Positions 27,170 to 37,417 are shown, numbered from the stretch's first letter. The stretch is 64,000 nucleotides of DNA from Gammaproteobacteria bacterium (GCA_029861845.1 JAOTYM010000007.1:2960-66959); one strand, 5' to 3'. Notes: generated by a model from the letters alone, not told the origin. Made by a program: numbers and translations.

Positions 27170-27793
27170 TTAGCGCTGTTGGCGGGTTTTTTCGATTAGG
27201 TGATCTATCAATTGCATGAGCTGGTGCTCACTGCCGGCCATGCTTGCTGAGGTCTTATATTTTCCGCCGATAGTAACGCTGGGAACCGACTCAACGCCGT
27301 ATCGAAAATTTAGCTGTTTCGCCTTTTCCACTTGCGTGCGGACACCGAAAGAATTAAAGGCCTTTCGGAAACTTTCACCGTCGACACCATAGTTTGCAAG
27401 AAAGGTTTTGATACTCGACTCATCGGTAAGCTTTTGGCCACCTTTGTGAATCGCATCAAAGAATGGTCGGTGCACCTTGTCGGTGATCCCGAGCGCCTCA
27501 AACGCATAGTAGGCCTTGGCATGAGCAATCCACGATTTAGCCACGCCGGGGGTACGCACATAGGTAACATCGGGGGGACGCTTCTCAAGCCATGCGTCTA
27601 GATAAGGCTCTAGTCGATAACAGTGCGGACAGCCGTACCAGAAGAACTCTCGCACTTCTATCTTACCGTCGGCACTGGGCGGTTGACCCATACCAAGTTC
27701 AACGTAGTGCTTGCCGGCCTCAAAGCCGGCTTCACTGGTGAAGGAAACTAGGGACAGGGTGAGAAATAGTAGTGCGTAAAAACTGGTTCTCAT
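27170..27793 (-). CDS. dsbA: Thiol:disulfide interchange protein DsbA
   Basis: 207 aa with a signal peptide and the active site FFWYGCPHCY. Confidence 0.9.
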   Translation of the reverse strand: MRTSFYALLFLTLSLVSFTSEAGFEAGKHYVELGMGQPPSADGKIEVREFFWYGCPHCYRLEPYLDAWLEKRPPDVTYVRTPGVAKSWIAHAKAYYAFEALGITDKVHRPFFDAIHKGGQKLTDESSIKTFLANYGVDGESFRKAFNSFGVRTQVEKAKQLNFRYGVESVPSVTIGGKYKTSASMAGSEHQLMQLIDHLIEKTRQQR

Positions 27794-27863
27794 TTAACAA
27801 ACTCCATGCAATATGTAAGAATATTTCAGCTGAACGAACGTCATAAAGCAAGTGCACAAATAG

Positions 27864-28451
27864 CTAATTCGTCCTGGTTTCGCGTGATTTAATCTGTCTT
27901 GCCAGAATATCGAGCTTTCGCCTTGGGTCCGGTTGCTCCAACACTTGTTGTCGACAATCGTTGGACACGGGCAAGAGTTCCGCCACCCGATAAGCCACCC
28001 AGCTTGCATCATCTAGCCTTACCGGTGGATAGTAATAGCGCCCATCGACTTGGTTAAGAATCTTGGCCAAAAGTTCCCGCAAATCTTCATGCGTCGGTCC
28101 CAAATCGACGTGTGGTTCCTCCGGCAGGAGCGCTGTCTCGCCCGTGATCAGTTGATCCGCCAGTACCCGCGTGTCGAGAACACGAAAGCGCTCGCCGCCG
28201 CGAACACTTATATGCAAAATGCCGGTCTGTGGCATGTCGTATTCATCTAGGTTGGCAGTCGTACCTACCGAACTGGGTTGTGCCGCCTCGCCGACCTCGT
28301 GGCCAGCGCGGATCAAGCACACGCCAAACGGCGTTTCGTGCTTGAGGCAGTGTGTCACCATATCCATGTAACGCTTCTCGAACACGCGCAGCCTGAAGCG
28401 ACCGTTGGGAAACAACACGCTATGCACCAGAAATAGGGGTAGCTCACTCAT
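27864..28451 (-). CDS. LON substrate-binding (N-terminal) domain protein
   Basis: 195 aa starting LPLFLVHSVLFPNGRFRLRVFEKRY, typical of stand-alone LON-N domain proteins. Confidence 0.75.
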   Translation of the reverse strand: MSELPLFLVHSVLFPNGRFRLRVFEKRYMDMVTHCLKHETPFGVCLIRAGHEVGEAAQPSSVGTTANLDEYDMPQTGILHISVRGGERFRVLDTRVLADQLITGETALLPEEPHVDLGPTHEDLRELLAKILNQVDGRYYYPPVRLDDASWVAYRVAELLPVSNDCRQQVLEQPDPRRKLDILARQIKSRETRTN

Positions 28452-28460
28452 CGACGATCT

Positions 28461-29843
28461 CTAGCCGCTGGCGCCCGAAGCTACTGGCTCTTGCTGTTGC
28501 AGACGAGCTAATAATCTTGCATGCAGACCGCCAAAGTCACCATTACTCATTATTAGGACGTGATCGCCCTCACGTAACTCATCGGCAAGTGTCGTAATAA
28601 TCTCATCTACAGAGCCTAGGATACGCCCACGCCCGCCGAGCGCATCAGCGATGGTGACGATGTCCCAACTAAGACCGGCCGCCTGCAGAATCATCGATTG
28701 GTCTGCCTCACAAAGAGAAGTTGCTATGTCCTGGCGAAGCGTCCCCATACGCATTGTGTTTGAGCGTAACTCCATGACCGCGAAGATTCGCTGCTCGCCA
28801 ACCCGTGACCGCAAAGCCTGCAATGTTGCCGAGATTGCGGTTGGGTGGTGGGCGAAATCATCGTAGACGGTGATGCCGTTGGCTTCACCACATACCTGCA
28901 AGCGACGCTTCACGTTCTTGAAGTTGCCGAGCGCAGTGGCAGCGTCGGCCACCGTCACACCGGCGTGGCTTGCCGCGACAAGCGCGGCAAGGGCGTTATC
29001 AACGTTGTGCTGACCGATAAGGCTCCAGCGCACCAGGCCTTTTTGTTTCGCTTTGAAAAGCACAGCAAATGAACTGCCGTCTTCACTTTTGAGCACTGAC
29101 GACCAGCCATTCGACGCGTTAAAATGCTCGACCGTTGTCCAACAGCCCATGTTCAGAAGCGCATGCAGATTGTCATCGTTCCCGTTAACAACAATGCGTC
29201 CAGATGCAGGCACCATCCGCACGAGATGATGAAACTGGGTCTGAATTGCGCCGAGATCAGGAAAGATGTCGGCATGATCGAACTCTAAGTTGTTAAGAAC
29301 CGCCGTACGCGGGCGATAGTGAACAAACTTTGAGCGCTTGTCGAAAAAAGCCGTGTCATACTCATCTGCCTCGATGACGAAGAAGGGTGCGTCACCCAGA
29401 CGGGCTGAGACGCCAAAATTCTCTGGCACGCCACCGATGAGAAAACCGGGGTTATGGCCAGCCCGCTCAAGTATCCAAGCAAGCATGCTCGTTGTGGTGG
29501 TCTTGCCGTGCGTACCTGCCACGGCCAGGACCCAACGGTCGCGCAAGATATTCTCCGCCACCCACTGCGCACCGGACGTGTAAGCAAGACCCGCGTCCAG
29601 CACGGCCTCGACTTCGACATTCCCGCGGGACAAGGCGTTGCCGATAATTACCAGATCAGGGGCAGGTTGCAGGTTGGACGTGTCATAGCCAGCAAAAACA
29701 TCAATACCCGCGTCCGCTAGCAGGGTACTTGCAGGCGGGTATATCTTTGCATCAGAGCCAGTGATGATGTGCCCGAGTTCACGCGCCAACATGGCCACGC
29801 CGGCCATAAACGAGCCACCGATCCCTAAAATATGAATATGCAT
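28461..29843 (-). CDS. mpl: UDP-N-acetylmuramate:L-alanyl-gamma-D-glutamyl-meso-diaminopimelate ligase
   Basis: The ORF is open to 29912. The conserved N-terminus MHIHILGIGGSFMAG starts at 29843. The ATP site is GTHGKTTT, with a Mur-ligase central and C-terminal layout. Confidence 0.88.
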   Translation of the reverse strand: MHIHILGIGGSFMAGVAMLARELGHIITGSDAKIYPPASTLLADAGIDVFAGYDTSNLQPAPDLVIIGNALSRGNVEVEAVLDAGLAYTSGAQWVAENILRDRWVLAVAGTHGKTTTTSMLAWILERAGHNPGFLIGGVPENFGVSARLGDAPFFVIEADEYDTAFFDKRSKFVHYRPRTAVLNNLEFDHADIFPDLGAIQTQFHHLVRMVPASGRIVVNGNDDNLHALLNMGCWTTVEHFNASNGWSSVLKSEDGSSFAVLFKAKQKGLVRWSLIGQHNVDNALAALVAASHAGVTVADAATALGNFKNVKRRLQVCGEANGITVYDDFAHHPTAISATLQALRSRVGEQRIFAVMELRSNTMRMGTLRQDIATSLCEADQSMILQAAGLSWDIVTIADALGGRGRILGSVDEIITTLADELREGDHVLIMSNGDFGGLHARLLARLQQQEPVASGASG

Positions 29844-29962
29844 GTAGCCGCTAGTTCTTTCCGAGTGTTCATGCCTCACTTTAATCCTGGCGCAAAAACT
29901 GCTTAATGACAACCCAAACTCGAAATCTGTTCCAATCCGTCAGATATCAATAAACTGGGCAT

Positions 29963-31063
29963 ATGTTTGATCAGTTTGTACAAGATCAACCAGGTCTGGA
30001 ACTAGTCTGCCAGCACCTGCGACAAGAACCGTGGGTTGCGCTCGACACCGAGTTCGTGCGCGAACGCACATATTACGCACGACTGTGTCTCATCCAAATC
30101 GCAACCCCAGACCGGCTTTTTTGTGTAGACCCGCTGGCAATTGACGATCTCTCTGCCCTGTTGGACGTGGTCTATGACTCGAAAATCGTTAAGGTGTTGC
30201 ATTCAGCGAGGCAAGACCTCGAAGTCTTTTACGACTTGCGCGGCGCTGCGCCAGCGCCGGTGTTCGACACACAAATCGCCGCCGCACTCCTAGGCTATGA
30301 GGACCAGATCGGTTACGCGACACTGGTCGAGCAGCTAATCGGTGTCAAGCTCGATAAATTGCACACTCGTACGGATTGGTCGATACGGCCACTCAATAAA
30401 GAACAACTGGACTACGCCGCCGATGATGTTCGCTATTTGTCAACGATCTACCACCAGCTCACGGCTAAACTGAACGAGCTCGGGCGTAGTGATTGGGTAT
30501 CTGAAGAATGTACACGCCTCACAGAACCCGGTCTTTATGCTAATGACCCCGACTATGCGTACGAACGTATCAAGAAAGGACGCACTTTGTTCCCGGCGAA
30601 CCAACAAGTGTTACGTGCCCTCGCTGGCTGGCGCGAACACACCGCAAAGACACGTAACCTTCCGCGCAGCTGGGTGTTGCGAGACGCCACCTTGTTGGAG
30701 CTTGCGGCAACACAGCCAACTTCCCGTGAGCAGCTCAAGAATATAAAGGGCATAGGAGCGGCGACGCTCAGAAAATGGGGGGATGACATGCTGAAAACGA
30801 TCGCAGATGGTCAGACCATGGCACCGTCATCACAGTGGCACAAACCCATACCACTGACGCGGGCCCAGATAGAGCTCAGTCGTCGCATGCTCGCGCTTGT
30901 CAAATCGTGCGCCGATGAACAAGGAATCAGCCCAGCCTTGCTTGCCACTCGCAAGGACGTACAGGCGCTCATCCGTGGCGAACGAGACATCGCACTGCTG
31001 ACGGGCTGGCGCCGTCAAGTCGTGGGGGAGGCGCTGTTGAAGGTGCTTGAGGCCGCTCCCTAG
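29963..31063 (+). CDS. rnd: Ribonuclease D
   Basis: 366 aa. DEDD exonuclease motifs are LDTEF, HSARQDLE and YAADDV. An HRDC-type C-terminal region is present. Confidence 0.9.
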   Translation: MFDQFVQDQPGLELVCQHLRQEPWVALDTEFVRERTYYARLCLIQIATPDRLFCVDPLAIDDLSALLDVVYDSKIVKVLHSARQDLEVFYDLRGAAPAPVFDTQIAAALLGYEDQIGYATLVEQLIGVKLDKLHTRTDWSIRPLNKEQLDYAADDVRYLSTIYHQLTAKLNELGRSDWVSEECTRLTEPGLYANDPDYAYERIKKGRTLFPANQQVLRALAGWREHTAKTRNLPRSWVLRDATLLELAATQPTSREQLKNIKGIGAATLRKWGDDMLKTIADGQTMAPSSQWHKPIPLTRAQIELSRRMLALVKSCADEQGISPALLATRKDVQALIRGERDIALLTGWRRQVVGEALLKVLEAAP

Positions 31064-31263
31064 CCCCCCAATAAAGGGACGGGGAACAAGGCTTAAGGAC
31101 TTTTTACCTTTCCGCCGGTCGCGAAAGGCTAGCGAAGTCAAACATTTGCAGCACTTGCTCGAAGAGGCATTTAGTACGACCGAGCGTCGAAGCGTCTTAT
31201 AGCGCGATGGTCTATTAATATATAGACAGTCCGATCACATCTTTCTTAGGAAAGGATGGAACT

Positions 31264-32112
31264 ATGCGTTGCTATCTGAGTATCTTTGCCGTCTTCCTTG
31301 CCATGACCTCTCCGCTTGCCTACGCCGATCTCGAAGATAGACTGAACTCGCGCTGGCGCGGGGCTTGGGTCATTGTTAACGGTGAGCTTTATTCTAACTG
31401 TGATAGCACTTACACCGACAACCGCGTGAGTGGCGACCTAATCAGGGGCAATGGACGAGTGGCGATGCCGACCGGCGAATTGGCCAAGGTTCGTAGAATC
31501 GATGTCAAGCGGCGCCGTGTCGACGTATTCCTCGATCTCAAGGAAAATGTTCTGATCGAATATCAGGAAGGACCATTTACGCTTTACAGGGAAGCATCGT
31601 GTCGGATTGAGTTGCTCGTAGACACGGCTGGGCGGCGCACTAAGAACCTGACGGTCGATAATATTGAGGCACAGTTCACGCGGTTATTCGAGCGCTACGC
31701 CCGTCTGGCAGAAGTCGAGCATTCGCCCAACTGGAATCGCCGCGCACGCCAAGCGTACCCGGAGGATTATGAACAGACACTGGCTGAGTACCACGTTTGG
31801 CAAGCCGAAAAACACAATCGCTTAGTGGAGCAGAGAATCGATGACGCCATTGAGCAAGCCAGCCAATTGTTGGTCACTGTGAGTCAGGATAAGAACTTTG
31901 GTGCCGGGCTCGGTTACGGCCTTGCCGCCATGAAAGAAAATATTGGTGGCGACTGCGATCGGCTGTTGGCAAGCAACCCTGGTACTTACGAGAAGTCTTA
32001 CGACGCGCCGAACCCTACCTGGGCCAATGGTTACGAGACCGGACAGCACCTTGGTTATTACGTCGAACTAACTCGTCGACTCCGTGGTTGCTTCATGCCA
32101 CCGGTCAATTGA
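31264..32112 (+). CDS. Secreted hypothetical protein
   Basis: 282 aa with the signal peptide MRCYLSIFAVFLAMTSPLAYA. I recognised no family. Confidence 0.55.
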   Translation: MRCYLSIFAVFLAMTSPLAYADLEDRLNSRWRGAWVIVNGELYSNCDSTYTDNRVSGDLIRGNGRVAMPTGELAKVRRIDVKRRRVDVFLDLKENVLIEYQEGPFTLYREASCRIELLVDTAGRRTKNLTVDNIEAQFTRLFERYARLAEVEHSPNWNRRARQAYPEDYEQTLAEYHVWQAEKHNRLVEQRIDDAIEQASQLLVTVSQDKNFGAGLGYGLAAMKENIGGDCDRLLASNPGTYEKSYDAPNPTWANGYETGQHLGYYVELTRRLRGCFMPPVN

Positions 32113-32157
32113 TTTTTTTTGAGTTAGCACTTAGCGGCAGATCGCAAGCGCCATCTC

Positions 32158-32673
32158 ATGACCGAGTCGGTGATCGAAAAACAACGGTGTGTTATTGCTC
32201 GCCAAGCCCTAGCAGTGGACGTCGAGTTTGTGTTGGCGGCTGAGGGGGTACCGGAGAATGTATAAGGCATAACGCCCTGGGATCGCGCCCATCACTTGCG
32301 CATGATGGGGTACCGTTCGGGAGCCTTCCTGATCGTTGAAGCAAAAACGTTACCAGTCGGATTCATGGTGTTTTGTGGTTTGGACAGCCCCGCCCAGTCG
32401 ATCGAGCTTCGCCGCATCGTCATTAGCGAAAAAGATCAAGGTTATGGACGAGCCGCCCTTCAACTTGCTAAGCGCTTGGCGTTTGATGAATTCAGTGCGC
32501 ATCGTTTCTGGCTCGATGTCTTTACCGATAATCGTCGGGCAGAACAATCGTATGAGTCTGAGGGATTCGTGCGTGAAGGCGTTTTGCGAGATAGCTACCG
32601 CGTTGAAGGGCAGTACAAGTCTGTGGTGATTTTGTCGATGCTGGCGCCGGAATACCTCGCGTCGCAACGATAA
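32158..32673 (+). pseudogene. GNAT-family N-acetyltransferase interrupted by an in-frame TAA (32263..32265)
   Basis: ATG at 32158 gives MTESVIEKQRCVIARQALAVDVEFVLAAEGVPENV*, the usual GNAT/RimJ-type N-terminus. The same frame continues as GITPWDRAHHLRMMGYRSGAFLIVE... into the tracked ORF 32296..32673. That ORF carries the acetyl-CoA motif QGYGRAAL. Confidence 0.7.
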
Positions 32674-32691
32674 GGTGCCGCATACAACGTC

Positions 32692-33849
32692 CTATTGTTC
32701 CGCAATTCGTTCGCGCGCCGGAAGTAACACAAACAATCGCCCTTCCTGTTTCATGGTTCCGGCTAAACGCTCCGCCTCTTCTCCTTGACCGAAGAACACA
32801 TCCGCGCGCACCGCGCCTTTGATAGCGCCGCCGGTGTCCTGAGCGAAAACCAAACGTCGGTAGGGCTGTTCTTCCTCTGCCAGCGTTGTGTCCAACCAAA
32901 CCGGCAAACCTAGTGAAATAAACTTGCGATCGACGGCGATGCTGCGCTCGGCCGTAAGCGGTACGTTGAGGCTACCTAGTGGCCCGGGCAACTCAGAATC
33001 TCTCACCGTGAAAAAGACATAGCTAGGATTACTGTGGAGTAGCACTTCAGTTTGATCTGGGTGCATAGCGATCCAATCCCGGATACTGCCTAACGTAACT
33101 TCTTCCGGCTCTAACGCTTCCATTTCCAACAATCGTCGACCAATAGAAATGTATGGATGTCCGTTCTGATCAGCGTAACCGACGGCGAGAATGCGGCCAT
33201 CGGGAAATTGTATACGTCCCGAGCCCTGGATATGAAGAAAGAACAAGGACACTGGGTCGTCTACCCACGCAAGTTCGTGGCCTGCCAGCGGCGGTGCGCC
33301 ATTATCGATCTCGGCGCGGCTGAAGTAGGGGACGACGCGCGTACCCTGCAGTCGTCCGCGTACGCGTTTGCCTTTTAACTCCGGATACACATCGCCAAGA
33401 TCGATGGTGAGCAGATTAGGGGGTCGCCGGTATAGCGGATAACGGAAACGCTCGGTCCTTTCCAGACTACCGTTAAGCAGCGGCTCATAGTAACCTGTGA
33501 TCAGCCCTTTTCGACCACGCTGACCGACGACTCGGTGCGGAACAAAATTGTTCTCAAAGAATACGCGCGCCGTTTCGTCACTCGGCGCCTCCAGGGCCTC
33601 GACATCGTCACAGATATCTTGCCAAGCAGCATCGCGGGTCGCCAGCTTCTCGCAACTCTGTTTAAGAGCTGGCCAGGCCTGTGAGTGCTGATCATCGGCC
33701 CACCCACGTAAGGCGGACCAGCGTACGGGTTTGGATATACCGCCTTCTTTGGTGGGCACGCCACCACAACCGGCTAGCAGCCCGAAGGCGATAGCATATA
33801 AAAGGAAAGAATAACGGTGTGAGATCCTTACAAGCGAAAAATCAAACAT
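32692..33849 (-). CDS. mltA: Membrane-bound lytic murein transglycosylase A (lipoprotein)
   Basis: 385 aa with the lipobox LLAGC. MltA/3D-domain motifs include QDTGGAIKG. Confidence 0.88.
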   Translation of the reverse strand: MFDFSLVRISHRYSFLLYAIAFGLLAGCGGVPTKEGGISKPVRWSALRGWADDQHSQAWPALKQSCEKLATRDAAWQDICDDVEALEAPSDETARVFFENNFVPHRVVGQRGRKGLITGYYEPLLNGSLERTERFRYPLYRRPPNLLTIDLGDVYPELKGKRVRGRLQGTRVVPYFSRAEIDNGAPPLAGHELAWVDDPVSLFFLHIQGSGRIQFPDGRILAVGYADQNGHPYISIGRRLLEMEALEPEEVTLGSIRDWIAMHPDQTEVLLHSNPSYVFFTVRDSELPGPLGSLNVPLTAERSIAVDRKFISLGLPVWLDTTLAEEEQPYRRLVFAQDTGGAIKGAVRADVFFGQGEEAERLAGTMKQEGRLFVLLPARERIAEQ

Positions 33850-33877
33850 AGCTGGGCTGCCAGGTTCGAAAGATACG

Positions 33878-36181
33878 CTAGTTAACAGCAGCTTGTTCGT
33901 CTAGCTCACCTTCGTCATAAGGTTCAGCGAATTTACATTCCTTGACTGGGCAAACTTTTTCCGTGCCGCGGCGCTTAGTGGTCTTGATTGTCAACATGCC
34001 ATGCCCACACGTCGGACAAGTTCCCTCGACAGGTTGGTTCCAAACGGCGTACTTGCAATCTGGGTAGCGCGCACACGAATAGAACACTTTTCCCCAACGC
34101 GACTTCCGGCTGAGCATATTGCCCTGTTTGCATTCCGGACAGACAACTCCCATGTCCTTGGGCTTCTCCAGCGGTTCCATGTGTTTGCAATTTGGATAGT
34201 TGCTACAACCGATGAACTTGCCGTAACGCCCACGCTTGATCACGAGGTCGGACTCACATTTCGGACAACTGCGCCCATCCACAACCTGCGGTTCACTGCT
34301 GGTGCCGGGCTCGTCATCGACGTTGCGCGTATAACTGCACTCCGGATAACCGGTACAACCAATAAAATAGCCGTTACGCCCCAACCGCTTCGCCAGTGCG
34401 CTTCCGCATTTGGGACACTTCTCTTCCATCATTTCGACGCCTGGGCGCTCAACATCTTCCTTCGCATCGACCTGTTCTTTGAAGTCTTCCCAGAACTCTT
34501 TGAGCAACGGTTTCCATTTCTTCTCACCTCGAGCGATCGCATCCAAGTCATCTTCTAGCTTGGCGGTAAATTCGTAATCAACGTAGTGTTCGAAGTGCTC
34601 TGAAAGAAACTTATTGACCACGCGACCAACATCCGTCGGTTGGAAGCGGCGCTTGTCCAGGGTCACGTACTCGCGCAATGTAAGCGTAGAAATGATGCTG
34701 GCATAGGTCGAAGGCCGGCCGATACCGTAAGCTTCGAGCGCCTTCACTAGACTGGCCTCGGTGTAACGCGGCGGTGGTTCGGTGAAGTGCTGATCACCGT
34801 GTACTTTAATGAGCTCCACATGCTCACCTTCCTCAACCGGCGGCAGCAACCCCTCTTGCTCCTCTTCCGGTACGCCTTCATCGCGGCCCTCTTGATAGAC
34901 CGTCATGAATCCTGGCTTCACCACCTGAGAACCGGTTGCGCGAAAGATGTTGCCTTCGCCAGCTTGCAAATCGATCGCAACCGTGTCGAGGGTTGCATGA
35001 ATCATTTGGCAAGCAATCGTGCGCTTCCAGATCAGGTCATATAGCTTGAACTGTTCCAGTTTGAGCAGTTTTTTTACATCCTCCGGCGCCCGCATGGCAG
35101 ATGTGGGACGAATGGCTTCGTGTGCTTCCTGCGCATTCTTGGATTTATTTTTATAGGTCTGCGGCTCATCGGGCAGATTCTCGACACCATATCGCTGCGC
35201 GATAAGCTCACGGATCTCCCGTACCCCGTCTGCAGCCAGGTTGACGGAGTCGGTTCTCATATAAGTGATTAAACCGACAGTCTCCCCGTCGATATCTATT
35301 CCTTCATAAAGCTGTTGCGCAACCCGCATGGTGCGATAGGCATGAAAACTGAGTTTGCGTGCGGCTTCCTGCTGCAGGGTGGAGGTAGTAAATGGTGGCG
35401 AGGGATTGCGTTTGCGTTGCTTCTTGTCGACCGTCGTAACCAACAGCTTGCCGGCAGCCTTTTCGCGCAGCGTCGTCTCAACCTCGTGGGCGCGCTTATC
35501 ATTGCCGATATCAAACTGATCGAGCTTTTTGCCCTCGAAATGTGTAAGTTTTGCACTGAAGGGCTTTTCTCTGGCCTCAACGTCGGCCTCGATCGTCCAA
35601 TATTCGCGTGGCTTGAATTTTTCTATCTCTTCTTCACGTTCGACAATCATTCGCAGAGCTGGGCTCTGAACACGTCCTGCCGATAAGCCTCGACGGACTT
35701 TCTTCCACAGTAACGGCGAAAGATTGAAGCCCACCAGGTAGTCTAATGCGCGCCGCGCTTGTTGCGCATCGACTAGGTTCGAAGAGAGTTCTCGCGGATC
35801 CTTGATCGCTTCCTGGATCGCGCGCTTGGTAATCTCGAAGAACTCCACGCGGTGCACTAGCTTGTCATCTAGCACGCCACGCTCTTTAAGAATCTCGTAA
35901 AGATGCCAAGAAATTGCTTCACCTTCGCGGTCTGGGTCGGTCGCGAGATACAATGTGCCGGCCCTCCTCATAGCTTTCTCAATCGCGTCGACATGCTTCT
36001 TATTTTTTTCTATCAACTCGTACTTCATGTCGAAACCGTTTTCAGTATCGACCGCTCCTGTCTTTGGGATCAAATCACGCACGTGCCCATAGGAAGCAAG
36101 CGCAGAAAAATCCTTGCCAAGATACTTCACCATCGTCTTGGCCTTGGCTGGCGACTCAACAATGATTAGGTTCTTTGCCAT
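33878..36181 (-). CDS. topA: DNA topoisomerase I
   Basis: 767 aa. The TOPRIM N-terminus is LIIVESPAKAKT, the active-site Tyr motif is ITYMRTDS, and there are several C-terminal C4 zinc ribbons (CPKCGS...C, CPKCES...C, CPECK...C, CPTCG...C). Confidence 0.95.
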   Translation of the reverse strand: MAKNLIIVESPAKAKTMVKYLGKDFSALASYGHVRDLIPKTGAVDTENGFDMKYELIEKNKKHVDAIEKAMRRAGTLYLATDPDREGEAISWHLYEILKERGVLDDKLVHRVEFFEITKRAIQEAIKDPRELSSNLVDAQQARRALDYLVGFNLSPLLWKKVRRGLSAGRVQSPALRMIVEREEEIEKFKPREYWTIEADVEAREKPFSAKLTHFEGKKLDQFDIGNDKRAHEVETTLREKAAGKLLVTTVDKKQRKRNPSPPFTTSTLQQEAARKLSFHAYRTMRVAQQLYEGIDIDGETVGLITYMRTDSVNLAADGVREIRELIAQRYGVENLPDEPQTYKNKSKNAQEAHEAIRPTSAMRAPEDVKKLLKLEQFKLYDLIWKRTIACQMIHATLDTVAIDLQAGEGNIFRATGSQVVKPGFMTVYQEGRDEGVPEEEQEGLLPPVEEGEHVELIKVHGDQHFTEPPPRYTEASLVKALEAYGIGRPSTYASIISTLTLREYVTLDKRRFQPTDVGRVVNKFLSEHFEHYVDYEFTAKLEDDLDAIARGEKKWKPLLKEFWEDFKEQVDAKEDVERPGVEMMEEKCPKCGSALAKRLGRNGYFIGCTGYPECSYTRNVDDEPGTSSEPQVVDGRSCPKCESDLVIKRGRYGKFIGCSNYPNCKHMEPLEKPKDMGVVCPECKQGNMLSRKSRWGKVFYSCARYPDCKYAVWNQPVEGTCPTCGHGMLTIKTTKRRGTEKVCPVKECKFAEPYDEGELDEQAAVN

Positions 36182-36426
36182 AAGGGGTTGATACCTTCGC
36201 GGTTACTAACGGAACGGGGCCGAGTGAAAACCGGTCGGCCCCACCCACGGCATCGATGCTTGATTGTCTGCACAGACACTTTAACTATAGCGTAGTGGCG
36301 AAAATCGCCAGAGAAAGGCATTGATAGGTCACTAACCCCTAATAGATGGGGGGGCGGTAGTTTGTCAAGTAGTGCCTGACTTATAAGGTAGAGGGCCAAT
36401 AAATTCAAGTGTAGCGGCGTTGACGA

Positions 36427-36912
36427 CTAGTGAAGGTCGTGACGCGCATCCTCAAATACCATATCTTCGAAAATGGTGTAAGCCTGTTCGTGACCTGGGT
36501 GATTGAACAGTACCAAGAGAATGATCCATTTTAGTTGGTCCAGTTCGATTTCTTCAGTGTCGAGCGCCATAACCCGATCGATGACCATTTCGCGCGTCCC
36601 AGTATCTAGCACACCGCGCTGTTCCATTGCCAGAACGAATCCTCTGCACTCGGCGCTGATCTTAGCACGCTCGGCTTGAGTGTAATGACGTACGGATCCT
36701 GGAACGCCGCCAGCCAACAGGGTCGTGTTATGCTGGCGTAAATCGGAAAGGCCTTCTAACCAAGAGAACGCTTTACTGATCTCTCCTTGTGGAAACCCCG
36801 CCTTTACGAGTTCACTTGCCAATGTTTCCTGATCTTGATCTATATCAGCGTCTTCGTCCATGTAGTTTTCGAACAAATACATCAGGACATCAAACACATT
36901 CTCTTTCATCAT
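36427..36912 (-). CDS. smg: Smg protein (DUF494)
   Basis: 161 aa starting MMKENVFDVLMYLFENYMD. It occupies the conserved position between dprA and topA. Confidence 0.85.
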   Translation of the reverse strand: MMKENVFDVLMYLFENYMDEDADIDQDQETLASELVKAGFPQGEISKAFSWLEGLSDLRQHNTTLLAGGVPGSVRHYTQAERAKISAECRGFVLAMEQRGVLDTGTREMVIDRVMALDTEEIELDQLKWIILLVLFNHPGHEQAYTIFEDMVFEDARHDLH

Positions 36913-36930
36913 ACAGCTCTTCTCACCATT

Positions 36931-37417
36931 CTAAACCCGTACATACTTTCCGCCTGGGCGGGCCTCAACAACCCCTAAGAGTTCCATTTCGAGAAGCATG
37001 GATGAAATAAAATCTGACGTCAATCCACCGTGCTCAACCAATGTGTCAATCGCCATTGGACCATATCCGAGATAATCGAGCAGTTCTCTCATCTTTAGTT
37101 CCTGAATCTCCGGATTTTGATCCTGCCTTTTCGCTACCGGCTGTCGTGTAAGCGGCGTAAGTGCACTGATCTCTTCAATCACATCTTGCGCTGTCTCTAC
37201 AAGTTTAGCGCCTTGCCGAATAAGTGAATGGTGGTGGGCCCGCTTAGATCGACGATTGGCGTTTGCGCGCCGGTGAGCATGGTTTGTAACTCTGATCGCG
37301 AGGCCGAGAACACGGCCCGCACGCTCTCAAAGTGCTGAAACAAGGCATCTAAAGAGGTTCACTGAGGCCGGCGACACGTTGCAACGCCAACCAGCAGCGC
37401 AATGCGTGCGGATTCAA
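36931..37417 (-). pseudogene. dprA: dprA (smf) remnant: N-terminal and C-terminal pieces in three different frames, central Rossmann-like domain deleted
   Basis: - Frame 1 (37417..37352) reads NPHALRCWLALQRVAGLSEPL, then TAG.
- Frame 2 (37358..37200) reads TSLDALFQHFESVRAVFSASRSELQTMLTGAQTPIVDLSGP.., then TAG.
- Frame 3 reads HSLIRQGAKLVETAQDVIEEIS...MAIDTLVEHGGLTSDFISSMLLEMELLGVVEARPGGKYVRV. This corresponds to E. coli Smf residues from HWLIKQGAILV to the winged-helix end.
- Only about 490 bp lie between the LysM-protein gene and smg, whereas an intact dprA needs about 1.1 kb. Confidence 0.75.

Noticed and set aside
36216-36242. A GGGGCCGA-11 nt-TCGGCCCC stem-loop between smg and topA, considered as the smg terminator.
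   Set aside because: No T-tract follows it on the transcribed (minus) strand, and it lies 185 nt past the smg stop. It is more likely a structure in the topA leader, and I cannot assign it a function.
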